The translations under genes and the position numbers were made by a program. The notes below the pieces were generated by a model. The model was not told the DNA's origin and searched no databases. It saw only the letters and a list, made by a program, of their open reading frames with translations. DNA of 39,273 bases from positions 72,924-112,196 of the forward strand of contig JBBDRK010000046.1 in NCBI GenBank assembly GCA_040905465.1, written 5' to 3'. Shown here one piece after another: positions 36,533 to 39,273 of the stretch (its first letter is position 1; the number at the start of each line of letters is the position of its first letter). The stretch is from Trueperaceae bacterium (GTDB lineage Bacteria > Deinococcota > Deinococci > Deinococcales > Trueperaceae).

Positions 36533-37704
36533 GAAGCACCTCCGCCAGCCGTCCGGCCCGGCATCAGGTTCACCAGGGTGACGGCCAGGAACATCACCAC
36601 TACCAGCAGCGACACTGCCATCGCCATCGCGCCTCCCAGGTCGAGCGTGCGCCAGGCGAAATACGCCATCAGGGTCAGTGATTCCGTCGCGGTACCGGGC
36701 CCACCGTTGGTCAGAACGTTCGGAAGGTCGATGATCTTGAACCCCTCGATCAAGCGAATCAGGATAAGCGTCAACGAGACCGGGAGCAGCTGCGGCAGGG
36801 TGATATGGCGGAAGATCTGCCAGCGGGTCGCTCCGTCCATCAAGGCGGCTTCGATCAACTCGAGAGGCTGCCCCTCGAGCGCGGCGAGCAGCACGATGAA
36901 CATAAGTGGCGTCCACTGCCAGGTGTCTCCGATCATCACCGCCCAACGCGCGCCCCAGGGATCGTTCACCCAGGAAGTACCGGCCAGGCCGATCAGGTTC
37001 CAGATCGGCTTGAGCGGGCCCTTGCCGGTGTCCGCCAGCATCCAGAACATGTAGGCGATACCGACCGGTGTGATCATCATCGGCAGCAGGAAGATCACTC
37101 GGAAGAGGCGCTGACCGGGCAGCCGTTGAGTGGTGAGCAGTGCCAGGATCAGCCCAATGGCGTACTGGATGGCGAGGCCGACCGCCACGTAGACGACCGT
37201 GACTATTACCGTTCCCGGTCTGCCACCGCCGCTGAGGCTGGCGAGAATGAAATAGAAACCGGTCGTGAGAATAAGCGCCGTGACCAGGCGCGAGAAGAAG
37301 CCGAGGGCGGAGCGGGTCCTGCCGCGGAGGTAGCCCCAAAGCAGAAACGCGACCAACGCCACGGCCGCCAGGAACACCAGCCAGGCGGCCGGGGACAGTG
37401 GCGCGAAAACGCCCAGGAAGTGCCGCTGTTCGCTTCCGAACAGCAGTTTGCGAAAGTTGGCGAGTCCGACGAAGTTGATGTCGTAGCCGCCGCGCACCAA
37501 CCTCAGGCGCGAAAAGGCCAAGTACAACGAGAGGATCAGCGGAAAGATCGACAGCAGCAGCACCGTGGCCACGGCCGGCAGGAGGAAGGCCAATCCGGCC
37601 ACTCGCTCCAGCCAGCCGGCCAGGCCGACACGCCAGTGGCCGAGCATGGTGGGGGGAGCCGCCGCCGAAGTCGTCGGCTCCCGGGGTCGCCCGTCGGGCG
37701 GCAC
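36529..37704 (-). CDS. Carbohydrate ABC permease (MalF-like)
   Basis: FVGLANF, DTWQWTP, IEAALMDGAT, TNGGPGTATE. Confidence 0.92.
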   Translation of the reverse strand: MPPDGRPREPTTSAAAPPTMLGHWRVGLAGWLERVAGLAFLLPAVATVLLLSIFPLILSLYLAFSRLRLVRGGYDINFVGLANFRKLLFGSEQRHFLGVFAPLSPAAWLVFLAAVALVAFLLWGYLRGRTRSALGFFSRLVTALILTTGFYFILASLSGGGRPGTVIVTVVYVAVGLAIQYAIGLILALLTTQRLPGQRLFRVIFLLPMMITPVGIAYMFWMLADTGKGPLKPIWNLIGLAGTSWVNDPWGARWAVMIGDTWQWTPLMFIVLLAALEGQPLELIEAALMDGATRWQIFRHITLPQLLPVSLTLILIRLIEGFKIIDLPNVLTNGGPGTATESLTLMAYFAWRTLDLGGAMAMAVSLLVVVMFLAVTLVNLMPGRTAGGGAS

Positions 37705-37707
37705 CTG

Positions 37708-39183
37708 CTACCTTTCGACACCGAGGCTGTCGAGGTACGCCTGGCGCTGTTCTTCGCGCCCGAGTTCGTCGGTTATCTCCTCCCAACCGCCGTATATCTG
37801 ACTCATAGCTTCATCACGACTGAGTTCCCCCGCGAGAAACTGGCTGAGCGCCCGGTCGAGCACCACCTGCTGGTAGCGCTGATTGAACGGCACCCGCAGA
37901 TCGAGCACCATGTTCGGACTGTTCAGGCTCGTTTCGATCGCACCCAGGTAGTTACGGGCCGCCTGCTCGCTGAAACCGCTCTCCAGCCACCGATCCAGGT
38001 TCTCGAACTGAGACCTGCGGTACGGGTTGAAACCGGTCTCGCCGATCGTCACGTCGACGTTGGCTTGCTCCGGCTGGCTCATATAAGACAGGAAGGCGTA
38101 GGCCGCGTCTTTCACTTCGTCGGCGGCAGCCGCATTGATCGCCCCGGACCAGCCACCGAAGGCGGCATAGGGGGCGTGATTCACGCCCTGGTCGTCGGCG
38201 TGCGGGCACGTCTGCTCGTCACAGGCCACCAACTCGCCGGTCTCGCGGTCGAGCACCTCGCTGGTACCCGGCAAGATCACGGTCCCGACCTTGTCCTGCA
38301 CCACCGATTGCTCGGGGTCGATGGCGAGCGCCCCGATGTCTCCCCAATCCATCGACAGCGCGCAACGGCCGGAGATGAAAAGGTTGCGAGTATCACCCAC
38401 GTCGAGGTTGAGCTCGTCGGGCGGCCCGAACTCGGTGGAAGCATCGAAAAACTCGAGAACCCGACCGAACGCCTCGTTGTCCACCAGCGGCTCCATCGTC
38501 TCGCGATCGAAGAAGGCGCCCTGCGAGGTCCCCTGCGTCTGGAGGTACGAACCCGCCACTCCCCAGGTCATGTGATAGGCCTGTGCGTTGCGCTTCTTGG
38601 TGATGCACGAGCCGTAGTCGGCTTCGCCGTCGTCGTTGAGGTCCTGCCCGTTGAAGGTCTCGGCGATTGCGAGGTAATCGTCCCAGGTGTTCGGTGGTTC
38701 CAGCCCCTCGGCCTCGAGCAGGTCGCTCCTGTAGTACACCATCAGGAAGTCGCCGTCGAGGGGAATGGTATATACCCGTCCCTGGAATGTGGAGCTGAAG
38801 TCCCGGAAGAACTCGGCTACGTCGTCCCACTGCAGCTCCTCGTCTCCCTGGACACGCTCGGTGAGATCCTCTAGGAACCCTGGAACAACATAGTCCACCA
38901 TCCATTGCGGCGCGAATACGAAGGCGTCGAAGCTGTTGGTGCCGGTGGCCATGTCGGTGAGGACGCGTTGGTAGAGGTCGCTGAACGGCACCGTGATGAC
39001 GTTGACACGCGCCCCGGTAAGTTCCTGGAACTCCGGTGCCCGGCGTTGCAACGGCTCGGCGATCTGCGGTCCGGTGAACGTCACCAGGTTTACCTCGACA
39101 CCTGCAAACGTTTGCTGGGCGTGCGCAGTGAGTCCGGCTATCAGCAAGGCGAATATCGCGGCGGGTATGCGGAAAGATCTCAT
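37708..39183 (-). CDS. Carbohydrate ABC substrate-binding protein
   Basis: Signal peptide AHAQ; IPLDGD, YYRSDLLE, PPNTWDDY, GGWSGAIN; GAGGA RBS. Confidence 0.92.
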   Translation of the reverse strand: MRSFRIPAAIFALLIAGLTAHAQQTFAGVEVNLVTFTGPQIAEPLQRRAPEFQELTGARVNVITVPFSDLYQRVLTDMATGTNSFDAFVFAPQWMVDYVVPGFLEDLTERVQGDEELQWDDVAEFFRDFSSTFQGRVYTIPLDGDFLMVYYRSDLLEAEGLEPPNTWDDYLAIAETFNGQDLNDDGEADYGSCITKKRNAQAYHMTWGVAGSYLQTQGTSQGAFFDRETMEPLVDNEAFGRVLEFFDASTEFGPPDELNLDVGDTRNLFISGRCALSMDWGDIGALAIDPEQSVVQDKVGTVILPGTSEVLDRETGELVACDEQTCPHADDQGVNHAPYAAFGGWSGAINAAAADEVKDAAYAFLSYMSQPEQANVDVTIGETGFNPYRRSQFENLDRWLESGFSEQAARNYLGAIETSLNSPNMVLDLRVPFNQRYQQVVLDRALSQFLAGELSRDEAMSQIYGGWEEITDELGREEQRQAYLDSLGVER

Positions 39184-39273
39184 GAATCCTCCTCTGAACT
39201 CCGCTGGTAAGTGGGGTTGCCGTGGTGCCGCGTGCCTACACCCCTCCTTTCCGCCCGACGCGGCGCGGCCCGA

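Noticed and set aside
36533-37786. N-terminal extension making the MalG-like permease a 760-aa fusion
   Set aside because: Arg/Pro-rich off-frame read through the MalF-like gene; the ATGA overlap supports a start at 36532.
36805-38874. 689-aa plus-strand ORF, and similar long ORFs (2..880, 1117..2286, 2219..3442, 18713..20407, 32889..34352, 35396..37054)
   Set aside because: Antisense or off-frame shadows of well-supported genes, expected in high-GC DNA; no recognisable motifs.

Overview
High-GC bacterial chromosomal segment, most likely Deinococcota (Truepera-like). This is an inference from the RpoD/DnaK/DnaJ sequence style and from the many leaderless-type promoters. Gene content in order: PrsA-like foldase; dnaK-grpE-dnaJ; YciI; a DUF62 SAM-cleaving-family protein; guaD; an internalin-like LRR lipoprotein; a BMP-type nucleoside ABC transporter; a single-domain response regulator; nfuA; a Crp/Fnr regulator divergent from a LexA-family repressor; an HTH-MNT/HEPN toxin-antitoxin pair; galT-galK; a CaiB CoA-transferase; a TAXI-TRAP transporter; rpoD; a DapA-family enzyme plus SDR; DUF4126; an AI-2E transporter; three exported proteins (zinc metallopeptidase, CHRD/SOD-like, S8 subtilase); an aldose-epimerase-like gene; and a sugar ABC transporter. 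I saw no rRNA, tRNA, CRISPR array or transposase. The most notable unexplained signals are: (1) a strictly phased, degenerate 11-bp tandem array of about 17 units in the non-coding gap at 21194-21379; (2) a perfect TACCTTA-N5-TAAGGTA palindrome over the lexA -10 box, a candidate new LexA operator, in a motif-dense Crp/LexA divergon; and (3) a DUF62 protein that appears to lack the hydrolase Asp/His residues and carries Ser at the position matching the fluorinase halide-binding Ser. All functional calls come from motif recognition by eye; no database searches were run.
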